Below are positions 52,101-64,000 of a stretch of DNA of 64,000 nucleotides, piece by piece. Every line of letters begins with the position of its first letter. Position 1 is the first letter of the stretch. The DNA comes from Eledone cirrhosa (taxonomy: Eukaryota), in the NCBI GenBank assembly GCA_964016885.1, contig OZ024740.1:279682001-279746000 (forward strand), read 5' to 3'. The translations under genes and the position numbers were made by a program. The notes beneath the pieces are model-generated. The model had not been told where the DNA came from and ran no database searches. It saw only the letters and a list, made by a program, of their open reading frames with translations.

Positions 52101-55100
52101 ATCGTGGGCCGGCCGCCTATGGTCGGATCGATCTGTAATTACTGGTCCATGTGCAGACACACATTTGCTGTGTGTGGTGTGATTTTCAAAAAAAGCTGCC
52201 CATGCTAAATGCGGAAGCTGAAGTCCACCAGCGAATGGTGTGCTTCGAAGAAACGAATCACAAAAATGCGAATTTGCCGGCGGAGTTACCTTTTTCTCGA
52301 TCGTGGGCCGGCCGCCCGTGGTCGCATCGATCTGTACTTACTGGGACTTGTGTAGACACTCATTGGCTATGTGTGGCGTGAATTTCAGCAAGATATCTCC
52401 GTAAAATCAATAGTTGTGGCTGTGTAACCAAACCGTGTTAAACGTCAACAAAGTTGTTGAGCGTAAGTTTGTTTACATTGAACTCGTGGTGGAATCGATC
52501 TGTAATTACTGGTACATGTGCAGACACACATTGGTCGTGTGTGGTGTGATTTTCAAAAAAAACTGCCCATGCTAAATTAGGCAGCTGAAGTCTACCAGCG
52601 AATGGTGTGCTTCGAAGAAAACGAATCACAAAAATGACGATTTGCCGGCGGAGTTACATTTTCGATCGTGGGCCGGCCGTCCGTGGTCGGATCGATCTGT
52701 AATTACTGGTACCTATGCAGACATACATTTACTGTGTGTGGTGTGATTTTCAAGAAAAGCTGCCCATGATAAATGAGGAAGCTGAAGTCCGGCGGCGAAT
52801 GGTGTGCTTCGAAGAAAACGAATCACAAAAATGACTATTTGCCGGCGGAGTTACCTTTTCGATCGTGGGCCGGCCACCCGTGGTCGGATCGATCTGTAAT
52901 TACTGGTCCATATGCAGACACACGTTTGCTGTGTGTGGTGTGATTTTCAAGAAAAGCTGCCCATGCTAAATGAGGAAGCTGAAGTCCACCAACGAATGGT
53001 GTGCTTCGAAGAAACGAATCACAAAAATGCGAATTTGCCGGCGGAGTTACCTTTTCGATCGTCGGCCGGCCGCCTATGGTCGGATCGATCTGTAATTACT
53101 GGTCCATATGCAGACCCACGTTTGCTGTGTGTGGTGTGATTTTCAAGAAAAGCTGCCCATGCTAAATGAGGAAGCTGAAGTCCACCAGCGAATGGTGTGC
53201 TTCGAAGAAACGAATCATAAAAATGCGAATTTGCCGGCGGAGTTACCTTTTCGATTGTGGGCCGGCCGCCCGTGGTCGGATCGATCTGTAATTACTGGTA
53301 TATGTGCAGACATACATTTGCTGTGTGTGGTGTGATTTTCAAGAAAGACTGCCCATGCTAAATGAGGAAGCTGAAGTCCGGCGGCGAATTGTGTGCTTCG
53401 AAGAAAACGAATCACAAAAATGACTATTTGCCGGCGGAGTTACATTTTTCTCGATCTTGGGCCGGCCGCCCGTGGTCGGATCGATCTGTAATTACTGGTA
53501 TATGTGCAGACACTCATTGGCTGTGTGTGGTGTGATTTTCAAGAAAAGCTTCCCATGCTAAATGAGGAAGCTGAAGTCCACCAGCGAATGGTGTGCTTCG
53601 AAGAAACGAATCACAAAAATGCGAATTTGCCGACGGAGTTACCTTTTCGATCGTGGGCCGGCCGCCCGAGGTAGGATCGATCTGTAATTACTGGTACATG
53701 TGCAGACACTCATTGGCTGTGTGTGGTGTGATTTTCAAGAAAAGCTGCCCATGCTAAATGCGGAAGCTGAAGTCCGGCGGCGAATGGTGTGCTTCGAAGA
53801 AAACGAATCACAAAAATGACTATTTGCCGGCGGAGTTACCTTTTCGATGGTGGGCCGGCCGCCCGTGGTCGGATCGATCTGTAATTACTGTTCTATGTGC
53901 AGACTCTCATTGGCTGTGTGTGGTGTGATTTTCAAGAAAAGCTGCCCATGCTAAATGCGGAAGCTGAAGTCCACCAGCGAATGGTGTGCTTCGAAGAAAC
54001 GAATCACAAAAATGCGAATTTGCCGGCGGAGTTACCTTTTCGATCGTGGGCCGGCCGCCTATGGTCGGATCGATCTGTAATTACTGGTCCATATGCAGAC
54101 ACACGTTTGCTGTGTGTGGTGTGATTTTCAAGAAAAGCTGCCCATGCTAAATGAGGAAGCTGAAGTCCACCAGCGAATGGTGTGCTTCGAAGAAACGAAT
54201 CACAAAAATGCGAATTTGCCGGCGGAGTTACCTTATCGATCGTGGGCCGGCCGCCCGTGGTCGGATCGATCTGTACTTACTGGTATATGTGCAGACACGC
54301 ATTGGCTGTGTGTGGTGTGATTTTCAAGAAAGGCTGCCCATGCTAAATGAGGCAGCTGAAGTCCACCAGCGAATGGTGTGCTTCGAAGAAACGAATCACA
54401 AAAATGCGAATTTGCCGGCGGAGTTACCTTTTCGATCGTGGGCCGGCCGCCTATGGTCGGATCGATCTGTAATTACTGGTCCATATGCAGACACACGTTT
54501 GCTGTGTGTGGTGTGATTTTCAAGAAAAGCTGCCCATGCTAAATGAGGAAGCTGAAGTCCACCAGCGAATGGTGTGCTTCGAAGAAACGAATCACAAAAA
54601 TGCGAATTTGCCGGCGAAGTTACCTTTTTCTCGATCGTGGGCCGGCGGCCCGTGGTCGCCTCGATCTGTACTTACTGGGACTTGTGTAGACACTCATTGG
54701 CTATGTGTGGCGTGGATTTCAGCAAGATATCTCCGTAAAATCAATAGTTGTGGCTGTGTAACCAAACCGTGTTAAACGTCAACAAAGTTGTTGAGCGTAA
54801 GTTTGTTTACATTGAACTCGTGGTGGAATCGATCTGTAATTACTGGTAGATGTGCAGACACACATTGGTCGTGTGTGGTGTGATTTTCAAAAAAAACTGC
54901 CCATGCTAAATTAGGCAGCTGAAGTCTACCAGCGAATGGTGTGCTTCGAAGAAAACGAATCACAAAAATGACGATTTGCCGGCGGAGTTACATTTTCGAT
55001 CGTGGGCCGGCCGTCCGTGGTCGGATCGATCTGTAATTACTGGTACCTATGCAGACATACATTTACTGTGTGTGGTGTGATTTTCAAGAAAAGCTGCCCA

Positions 55101-58100
55101 TGATAAATGAGGAAGCTGAAGTCCGGCGGCGAATGGTGTGCTTCGAAGAAAACGAATCACAAAAATGACTATTTGCCGGCGGAGTTACCTTTTCGATCGT
55201 GGGCCGGCCACCCGTGGTCGGATCGATCTGTAATTACTGGTCCATATGCAGACACACGTTTGCTGTGTGTGGTGTGATTTTCAAGAAAAGCTGCCCATGC
55301 TAAATGAGGAAGCTGAAGTCCACCAACGAATGGTGTGCTTCGAAGAAACGAATCACAAAAATGCGAATTTGCCGGCGGAGTTACCTTTTCGATCGTCGGC
55401 CGGCCGCCTATGGTCGGATCGATCTGTAATTACTGGTCCATATGCAGACCCACGTTTGCTGTGTGTGGTGTGATTTTCAAGAAAAGCTGCCCATGCTAAA
55501 TGAGGAAGCTGAAGTCCACCAGCGAATGGTGTGCTTCGAAGAAACGAATCATAAAAATGCGAATTTGCCGGCGGAGTTACCTTTTCGATTGTGGGCCGGC
55601 CGCCCGTGGTCGGATCGATCTGTAATTACTGGTATATGTGCAGACATACATTTGCTGTGTGTGGTGTGATTTTCAAGAAAGACTGCCCATGCTAAATGAG
55701 GAAGCTGAAGTCCGGCGGCGAATTGTGTGCTTCGAAGAAAACGAATCACAAAAATGACTATTTGCCGGCGGAGTTACATTTTTCTCGATCTTGGGCCGGC
55801 CGCCCGTGGTCGGATCGATCTGTAATTACTGGTATATGTGCAGACACTCATTGGCTGTGTGTGGTGTGATTTTCAAGAAAAGCTTCCCATGCTAAATGAG
55901 GAAGCTGAAGTCCACCAGCGAATGGTGTGCTTCGAAGAAACGAATCACAAAAATGCGAATTTGCCGACGGAGTTACCTTTTCGATCGTGGGCCGGCCGCC
56001 CGAGGTAGGATCGATCTGTAATTACTGGTACATGTGCAGACACTCATTGGCTGTGTGTGGTGTGATTTTCAAGAAAAGCTGCCCATGCTAAATGCGGAAG
56101 CTGAAGTCCGGCGGCGAATGGTGTGCTTCGAAGAAAACGAATCACAAAAATGACTATTTGCCGGCGGAGTTACCTTTTCGATGGTGGGCCGGCCGCCCGT
56201 GGTCGGATCGATCTGTAATTACTGTTCTATGTGCAGACTCTCATTGGCTGTGTGTGGTGTGATTTTCAAGAAAAGCTGCCCATGCTAAATGCGGAAGCTG
56301 AAGTCCACCAGCGAATGGTGTGCTTCGAAGAAACGAATCACAAAAATGCGAATTTGCCGGCGGAGTTACCTTTTCGATCGTGGGCCGGCCGCCCGTGGTC
56401 GGATCGATCTGTACTTACTGGTATATGTGCAGACACTCATTGGCTGTGTGTGGTGTGATTTTCAAGAAAAGCCGCCCATGCTAAATGAGGCAGCTGAAGT
56501 CCACCAGCGAATGGTGTGCTTCGAAGAAACGAATCACAAAAATGCGAATTTGCCGGCGGAGTTACCTTTTCGATCGTGGGCCGGCCGCCTATGGTCGGAT
56601 CGATCTGTAATTACTGGTCCATATGCAGACACACGTTTGCTGTGTGTGGTGTGATTTTCAAGAAAAGCTGCCCATGCTAAATGAGGAAGCTGAAGTCCAC
56701 CAGCGAATGGTGTGCTTCGAAGAAACGAATCACAAAAATGCGAATTTGCCGGCGGAGTTACCTTTTCGATGGTGGGCCGGCCGCCCGTGGTCGGATCGAT
56801 CTGTACTTACTGCTATATGTGCAGACACTCATTGGCTGTGTGTGGTGTGATTTTCAAGAAAAGCTGCCCATGCTAAATGAGGCAGCTGAAGTCCACCAGC
56901 GAATGGTGTGCTTCGAAGAAACGAATCACAAAAATGCGAATTTGCCGGCGGAGTTACCTTATCGATCGTGGGCCGGCCGCCCGTGGTCGGATCGATCTGT
57001 ACTTACTGGTATATGTGCAGACACGCATTGGCTGTGTGTGGTGTGATTTTCAAGAAAGGCTGCCCATGCTAAATGAGGCAGCTGAAGTCCACCAGCGAAT
57101 GGTGTGCTTCGAAGAAACGAATCACAAAAATGCGAATTTGCCGGCGGAGTTACCTTTTCGATCGTGGGCCGGCCGCCTATGGTCGGATCGATCTGTAATT
57201 ACTGGTCCATATGCAGACACACGTTTGCTGTGTGTGGTGTGATTTTCAAGAAAAGCTGCCCATGCTAAATGAGGAAGCTGAAGTCCACCAGCGAATGGTG
57301 TGCTTCGAAGAAACGAATCACAAAAATGCGAATTTGCCGGCGAAGTTACCTTTTTCTCGATCGTGGGCCGGCGGCCCGTGGTCGCCTCGATCTGTACTTA
57401 CTGGGACTTGTGTAGACACTCATTGGCTATGTGTGGCGTGGATTTCAGCAAGATATCTCCGTAAAATCAATAGTTGTGGCTGTGTAACCAAACCGTGTTA
57501 AACGTCAACAAAGTTGTTGAGCGTAAGTTTGTTTACATTGAACTCGTGGTGGAATCGATCTGTAATTACTGGTAGATGTGCAGACACACATTGGTCGTGT
57601 GTGGTGTGATTTTCAAAAAAAACTGCCCATGCTAAATTAGGCAGCTGAAGTCTACCAGCGAATGGTGTGCTTCGAAGAAAACGAATCACAAAAATGACGA
57701 TTTGCCGGCGGAGTTACATTTTCGATCGTGGGCCGGCCGTCCGTGGTCGGATCGATCTGTAATTACTGGTACCTGTGCAGACATACATTTGCTGTGTGTG
57801 GTGTGATTTTCAAGAAAAGCTGCCCATGATAAATGAGGAAGCTGAAGTCCGGCGGCGAATGGTGTGCTTCGAAGAAAACGAATCACAAAAATGACTATTT
57901 GCCGGCGGAGTTACCTTTTTGATCGTGGGCCGGCCACCCGTGGTCGGATCGATCTGTAATTACTGGTTCATATGCAGACACACGTTTTCTGTGGGTGGTG
58001 TGATTTTCAAGAAAAGCTGCCCATGCTAAATGAGGAAGCTGAAGTCCACCAGCGAATGGTGTGCTTCGAAGAAACGAATCACAAAAATGCGAATTTGCCG

Positions 58101-61100
58101 GCGGAGTTACCTTTTCGATCGTCGGCCGGCCGCCTATGGTCGGATCGATCTGTAATTACTGGTCCATATGCAGACACACGTTTGCTGTGTGTGGTGTGAT
58201 TTTCAAGAAAAGCTGCCCATGCTAAATGAGGAAGCTGAAGTCCACCAGCGAATGGTGTGCTTCGAAGAAACGAATCACAAAAATGCGAATTTGCCGGCGG
58301 AGTTACCTTTTCGATTGTGGGCCGGCCGCCCGTGGTCGGATCGATCTGTAATTACTGGTATATGTGCAGACATACATTTGCTGTGTGTGGTGTGATTTTC
58401 AAGAAAAACTGCCCATGCTAAATGAGGAAGCTGAAGTCCGGCGGCGAATTGTGTGCTTCGAAGAAAACGAATCACAAAAATGACTATTTGCCGGCGGAGT
58501 TACATTTTTCTCGATCTTGGGCCGGCCGCCCGTGGTCGGATCGATCTGTAATTACTGGTATATGTGCAGACACTCATTGGCTGTGTGTGGTGTGATTTTC
58601 AAGAAAAGCTTCCCATGCTAAATGAGGAAGCTGAAGTCCACCAGCGAATGGTGTGTTTCGAAGAAACGAATCACAAAAATGCGAATTTGCCGACGGAGTT
58701 ACCTTTTCGATCGTGGGCCGGCCGCCCGTGGTAGGATCGATCTGTAATTACTGGTACATGTGCAGACACTCATTGGCTGTGTGTGGTGTGATTTTCAAGA
58801 AAAGCTGCCCATGCTAAATGCGGAAGCTGAAGTCCGGCGGCGAATGGTGTGCTTCGAAGAAAACGAATCACAAAAATGACTATTTGCCGGCGGAGTTACC
58901 TTTTCGATGGTGGGCCGGCCGCCCGTGGTCAGATCGATCTGTAATTACTGTTCTATGTGCAGACACTCATTGGCTGTGTGTGGTGTGATTTTCAAGAAAA
59001 GCTGCCCATGCTAAATGCGGAAGCTGAAGTCCACCAGCGAATGGTGTGCTTCGAAGAAACGAATCACAAAAATGCGAATTTGCCGGCGGAGTTACCTTTT
59101 CGATCGTGGGCCGGTCGCCCGTGGTCGGATCGATCTGTACTTACTGGTATATGTGCAGACACTCATTGGCTGTGTGTGGTGTCATTTTCAAGAAAAGCCG
59201 CCCATGCTAAATGAGGCAGCTGAAGTCCACCAGCGAATGGTGTGCTTCGAAGAAACGAATCACAAAAATGCGAATTTGCCGGCGGAGTTACCTTTTCGAT
59301 CGTGGGCCGGCCGCCTATGGTCGGATCGATCTGTAATTACTGGTCCATATGCAGACACACGTTTGCTGTGTGTGGTGTGATTTTCAAGAAAAGCTGCCCA
59401 TGCTAAATGAGGAAGCTGAAGTCCACCAGCGAATGGTGTGCTTCGAAGAAACGAATCACAAAAATGCGAATTTGCCGGCGGAGTTACCTTTTCGATGGTG
59501 GGCCGGCCGCCCGTGGGCGGATCGATCTGTACTTACTGGTATATGTGCAGACACTCATTGGCTGTGTGTGGTGTGATTTTCAAGAAAAGCTGCCCATGCT
59601 AAATGAGGCAGCTGAAGTCCACCAGCGAATGGTGTGCTTCGAAGAAACGAATCACAAAAATGCGAATTTGCCGGCGGAGTTACCTTATCGATCGTGGGCC
59701 GGCCGCCCGTGGTCGGATCGATCTGTACTTACTGCTATATGTGCAGACACGCATTGGCTGTGTGTGGTGTGATTTTCAAGAAAAGCTGCCCATGCTAAAT
59801 GAGGAAGCTGAAGTCCACCAGCGAATGGTGTGCTTCGAAGAAACGAATCACAAAAATGCGAATTTGCCGGCGAAGTTACCTTTTTCTCGATCGTGGGCCG
59901 GCGGCCCGTGGTCGCATCGATCTGTACTTACTGGGACTTGTGTAGACACTCATTGGCTATGTGTGGCGTGAATTTCAGCAAGATATCTCCGTAAAATCAA
60001 TAGTTGTGGCTGTGTAACCAAACCGTGTTAAACGTCAACAAAGTTGTTGAGCGTAAGTTTGTTTACATTGAACTCGTGGTGGAATCGATCTGTAATTACT
60101 GGTAGATGTGCAGACACACATTGGTCGTGTGTGGTGTGATTTTCAAAAAAAACTGCCCATGCTAAATTAGGCAGCTGAAGTCTACCAGCGAATGGTGTGC
60201 TTCGAAGAAAACGAATCACAAAAATGACGATTTGCCGGCGGAGTTACATTTTCGATCGTGGGCCGGCCGTCCGTGGTCGGATCGATCTGTAATTACTGGT
60301 ACCTGTGCAGACATACATTTGCTGTGTGTGGTGTGATTTTCAAGAAAAGCTGCCCATGATAAATGAGGAAGCTGAAGTCCGGCGGCGAATGGTGTGCTTC
60401 GAAGAAAACGAATCACAAAAATGACTATTTGCCGGCGGAGTTACCTTTTCGATCGTCGGCCGGCCGCCTATGGTCGGATCGATCTGTAATTACTGGTCCA
60501 TATGCAGACACACGTTTGCTGTGTGTGGTGTGATTTTCAAGAAAAGCTGCCCATGCTAAATGAGGAAGCTGAAGTCCACCAGCGAATGGTGTGCTTCGAA
60601 GAAACGAATCACAAAAATGCGAATTTGCCGGCGGAGTTACCTTTTCGATTGTGGGCCGGCCGCCCGTGGTCGGATCGATCTGTAATTACTGGTATATGTG
60701 CAGACATACATTTGCTGTGTGTGGTGTGATTTTCAAGAAAAACTGCCCATGCTAAATGAGGAAGCTGAAGTCCGGCGGCGAATTGTGTGCTTCGAAGAAA
60801 ACGAATCACAAAAATGACTATTTGCCGGCGGAGTTACATTTTTCTCGATCTTGGGCCGGCCGCCCGTGGTCGGATCGATCTGTAATTACTGGTATATGTG
60901 CAGACACTCATTGGCTGTGTGTGGTGTGATTTTCAAGAAAAGCTTCCCATGCTAAATGAGGAAGCTGAAGTCCACCAGCGAATGGTGTGTTTCGAAGAAA
61001 CGAATCACAAAAATGCGAATTTGCCGACGGAGTTACCTTTTCGATCGTGGGCCGGCCGCCCGTGGTAGGATCAATCTGTAATTACTGGTACATGTGCAGA

Positions 61101-64000
61101 CACTCATTGGCTGTGTGTGGTGTGATTTTCAAGAAAAGCTGCCCATGCTAAATGCGGAAGCTGAAGTCCACCAGCGAATGGTGTGCTTCGAAGAAACGAA
61201 TCACAAAAATGCGAATTTGCCGGCGGAGTTACCTTTTCGATCGTGGGCCGGTCGCCCGTGGTCGGATCGATCTGTACTTACTGGTATATGTGCAGACACT
61301 CATTGGCTGTGTGTGGTGTCATTTTCAAGAAAAGCCGCCCATGCTAAATGAGGCAGCTGAAGTCCACCAGCGAATGGTGTGCTTCGAAGAAACGAATCAC
61401 AAAAATGCGAATTTGCCGGCGGAGTTACCTTTTCGATCGTGGGCCGGCCGCCTATGGTCGGATCGATCTGTAATTACTGGTCCATATGCAGACACACGTT
61501 TGCTGTGTGTGGTGTGATTTTCAAGAAAAGCTGCCCATGCTAAATGAGGAAGCTGAAGTCCACCAGCGAATGGTGTGCTTCGAAGAAACGAATCACAAAA
61601 ATGCGAATTTGCCGGCGGAGTTACCTTTTCGATGGTGGGCCGGCCGCCCGTGGTCGGATCGATCTGTACTTACTGGTGTATGTGCAGACACTCATTGGCT
61701 GTGTGTGGTGTGATTTTCAAGAAAAGCTGCCCATGCTAAATGAGGCAGCTGAAGTCCACCAGCGAATGGTGTGCTTCGAAGAAACGAATCACAAAAATGC
61801 GAATTTGCCGGCGGAGTTACCTTATCGATCGTGGGCCGGCCGCCCGTGGTCGGATCGATCTGTACTTACTGGTATATGTGCAGACACGCATTGGCTGTGT
61901 GTGGTGTGATTTTCAAGAAAGGCTGCCCATGCTAAATGAGGCAGCTGAAGTCCACCAGCGAATGGTGTGCTTCGAAGAAACGAATCACAAAAATGCGAAT
62001 TTGCCGGCGGAGTTACCTTTTCGATCGTGGGCCGGCCGCCTATGGTCGGATCGATCTGTAATTACTGGTCCATATGCAGACACACGTTTGCTGTGTGTGG
62101 TGTGATTTTCAAGAAAAGCTGCCCATGCTAAATGAGGAAGCTGAAGTCCACCAGCGAATGGTGTGCTTCGAAGAAACGAATCACAAAAATGCGAATTTGC
62201 CGGCGAAGTTACCTTTTTCTCGATCGTGGGCCGGCGGCCCGTGGTCGCATCGATCTGTACTTACTGGGACTTGTGTAGACACTCATTGGCTATGTGTGGC
62301 GTGAATTTCAGCAAGATATCTCCGTAAAATCAATAGTTGTGGCTGTGTAACCAAACCGTGTTAAACGTCAACAAAGTTGTTGAGCGTAAGTTTGTTTACA
62401 TTGAACTCGTGGTGGAATCGATCTGTAATTACTGGTAGATGTGCAGACACACATTGGTCGTGTGTGGTGTGATTTTCAAAAAAAACTGCCCATGCTAAAT
62501 TAGGCAGCTGAAGTCTACCAGCGAATGGTGTGCTTCGAAGAAAACGAATCACAAAAATGACGATTTGCCGGCGGAGTTACATTTTCGATCGTGGGCCGGC
62601 CGTCCGTGGTCGGATCGATCTGTAATTACTGGTACCTGTGCAGACATACATTTGCTGTGTGTGGTGTGATTTTCAAGAAAAGCTGCCCATGATAAATGAG
62701 GAAGCTGAAGTCCGGCGGCGAATGGTGTGCTTCGAAGAAAACGAATCACAAAAATGACTATTTGCCGGCGGAGTTACCTTTTCGATCGTGGGCCGGCCAC
62801 CCGTGGTCGGATCGATCTGTAATTACTGGTTCATATGCAGACACACGTTTTCTGTGGGTGGTGTGATTTTCAAGAAAAGCTGCCCATGCTAAATGAGGAA
62901 GCTGAAGTCCATCAGCGAATGGTGTGCTTCGAAGAAACGAATCACAAAAATGCGAATTTGCCGGCGGAGTTACCTTTTCGATCGTCGGCCGGCCGCCTAT
63001 GGTCGGATCGATCTGTAATTACTGGTCCATATGCAGACACACGTTTGCTGTGTGTGGTGTGATTTTCAAGAAAAGCTGCCCATGCTAAATGAGGAAGCTG
63101 AAGTCCGGCGGCGAATTGTGTGCTTCGAAGAAAACGAATCACAAAAATGACTATTTGCCGGCGGAGTTACATTTTTCTCGATCTTGGGCCGGCCGCCCGT
63201 GGTCGGATCGATCTGTAATTACTGGTATATGTGCAGACACTCATTGGCTGTGTGTGGTGTGATTTTCAAGAAAAGCTTCCCATGCTAAATGAGGAAGCTG
63301 AAGTCCACCAGCGAATGGTGTGTTTCGAAGAAACGAATCACAAAAATGCGAATTTGCCGACGGAGTTACCTTTTCGATCGTGGGCCGGCCGCCCGTGGTA
63401 GGATCGATCTGTAATTACTGGTACATGTGCAGACACTCATTGGCTGTGTGTGGTGTGATTTTCAAGAAAAGCTGCCCATGCTAAATGCGGAAGCTGAAGT
63501 CCGGCGGCGAATGGTGTGCTTCGAAGAAAACGAATCACAAAAATGACTATTTGCCGGCGGAGTTACCTTTTCGATGGTGGGCCGGCCGCCCGTGGTCGGA
63601 TAGATCTGTAATTACTGTTCTATGTGCAGACACTCATTGGCTGTGTGTGGTGTGATTTTCAAGAAAAGCTGCCCATATTAAATGCGGAAGCTGAAGTCCA
63701 CCAGCGAATGGTGTGCTTCGAAGAAACGAATCACAAAAATGCGAATTTGCCGGCGGAGTTACCTTTTCGATGGTGGGCCGGCCGCCCGTGGTCGGATCGA
63801 TCTGTACTTACTGGTATATGTGCAGACATACATTTGCTGTGTGTGGTGTGATTTTCAAGAAAAGCTGCCCATGATAAATGAGGAAGCTGAAGTCCGGCGG
63901 CGAATGGTGTGCTTCGAAGAAAACGAATCACAAAAATGACTATTTGCCGGCGGAGTTACCTTTTCGATCGTCGGCCGGCCGCCTATGGTCGGATCGATCT
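49057..64000. repeat. Variable-length higher-order repeats (mostly 11-14 monomers) of the 196-bp satellite
   Basis: Landmark spacings of 2138, 956, 2334, 2726, 2530 and 2333 bp. Block offsets of 3094 (49818/52912), 2334 (52912/55246) and 2726 (54485/57211), with monomer-variant order conserved. Confidence 0.85.

Larger units (their letters stand above)
18119..64000. repeat. 196-bp satellite array (monomers of 196/197/199/200 bp plus a 168-bp variant), ~236 monomers, single orientation, running off the right edge
   Basis: Consensus approx. GATCGTGGGCCGGCCGCCCGTGGTCGGATCGATCTGTAATTACTGGTATATGTGCAGACACTCATTGGCTGTGTGTGGTGTGATTTTCAAGAAAAGCTGCCCATGCTAAATGAGGAAGCTGAAGTCCACCAGCGAATGGTGTGCTTCGAAGAAACGAATCACAAAAATGCGAATTTGCCGGCGGAGTTACCTTTTC. 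Homologous ORF starts recur every 196 bp (e.g. 20283, 20479, 20675). Confidence 0.98.

Noticed and set aside
18407-62407. Repeat/spacer alternation reminiscent of a CRISPR array or integron cassette array
   Set aside because: The intervening segments are identical rather than unique, the lengths are wrong, and there are no cas or integrase genes.
18170-63939. Over a hundred 60-122 aa ORFs (MQTH..CCVWCDFQEK..) resembling a tandem family of Cys-containing small proteins
   Set aside because: The 196-bp period is not a multiple of 3, the ORFs overlap their neighbours, frameshift and stop variants are common, and I recognise no domain.
18119-64000. Possible 5S rRNA, tRNA, spliced-leader or snRNA tandem gene array
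   Set aside because: I could not recognise 5S, tRNA cloverleaf, A/B box or SL/Sm motifs. An Rfam/Infernal scan would be needed to exclude this formally.
18119-64000. Identity with known satellites of similar size (Trypanosoma cruzi 195-bp satellite, 171-bp alpha satellite, Arabidopsis CEN178)
   Set aside because: Only the length is similar. The sequence does not resemble these as I recall them, and no database search was possible.

Overview
The window is entirely tandem-repeat (satellite) DNA, most likely eukaryotic heterochromatin. I see no credible genes, and every ORF in the track is a translation of repeats. Bases 1-18122 are a 20-bp satellite (AAATAAAAAATGGATC[A/C]CCC, about 900 copies). 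It contains 20 short inverted blocks that all start at the centre of a GGATCC palindrome and end at one shared junction, TATTTG|ATGGA. Bases 18119-64000 are a 196-bp satellite (about 236 monomers). It is punctuated 21 times by a 168-bp chimeric monomer carrying an unrelated ~97-bp segment that folds into a hairpin. This array has variable higher-order repeats of 4-20 monomers and a near-perfect 12,448-bp tandem duplication. The two arrays join abruptly through a shared GATC. All counts and coordinates were read by eye, and I could not identify the organism or satellite families.
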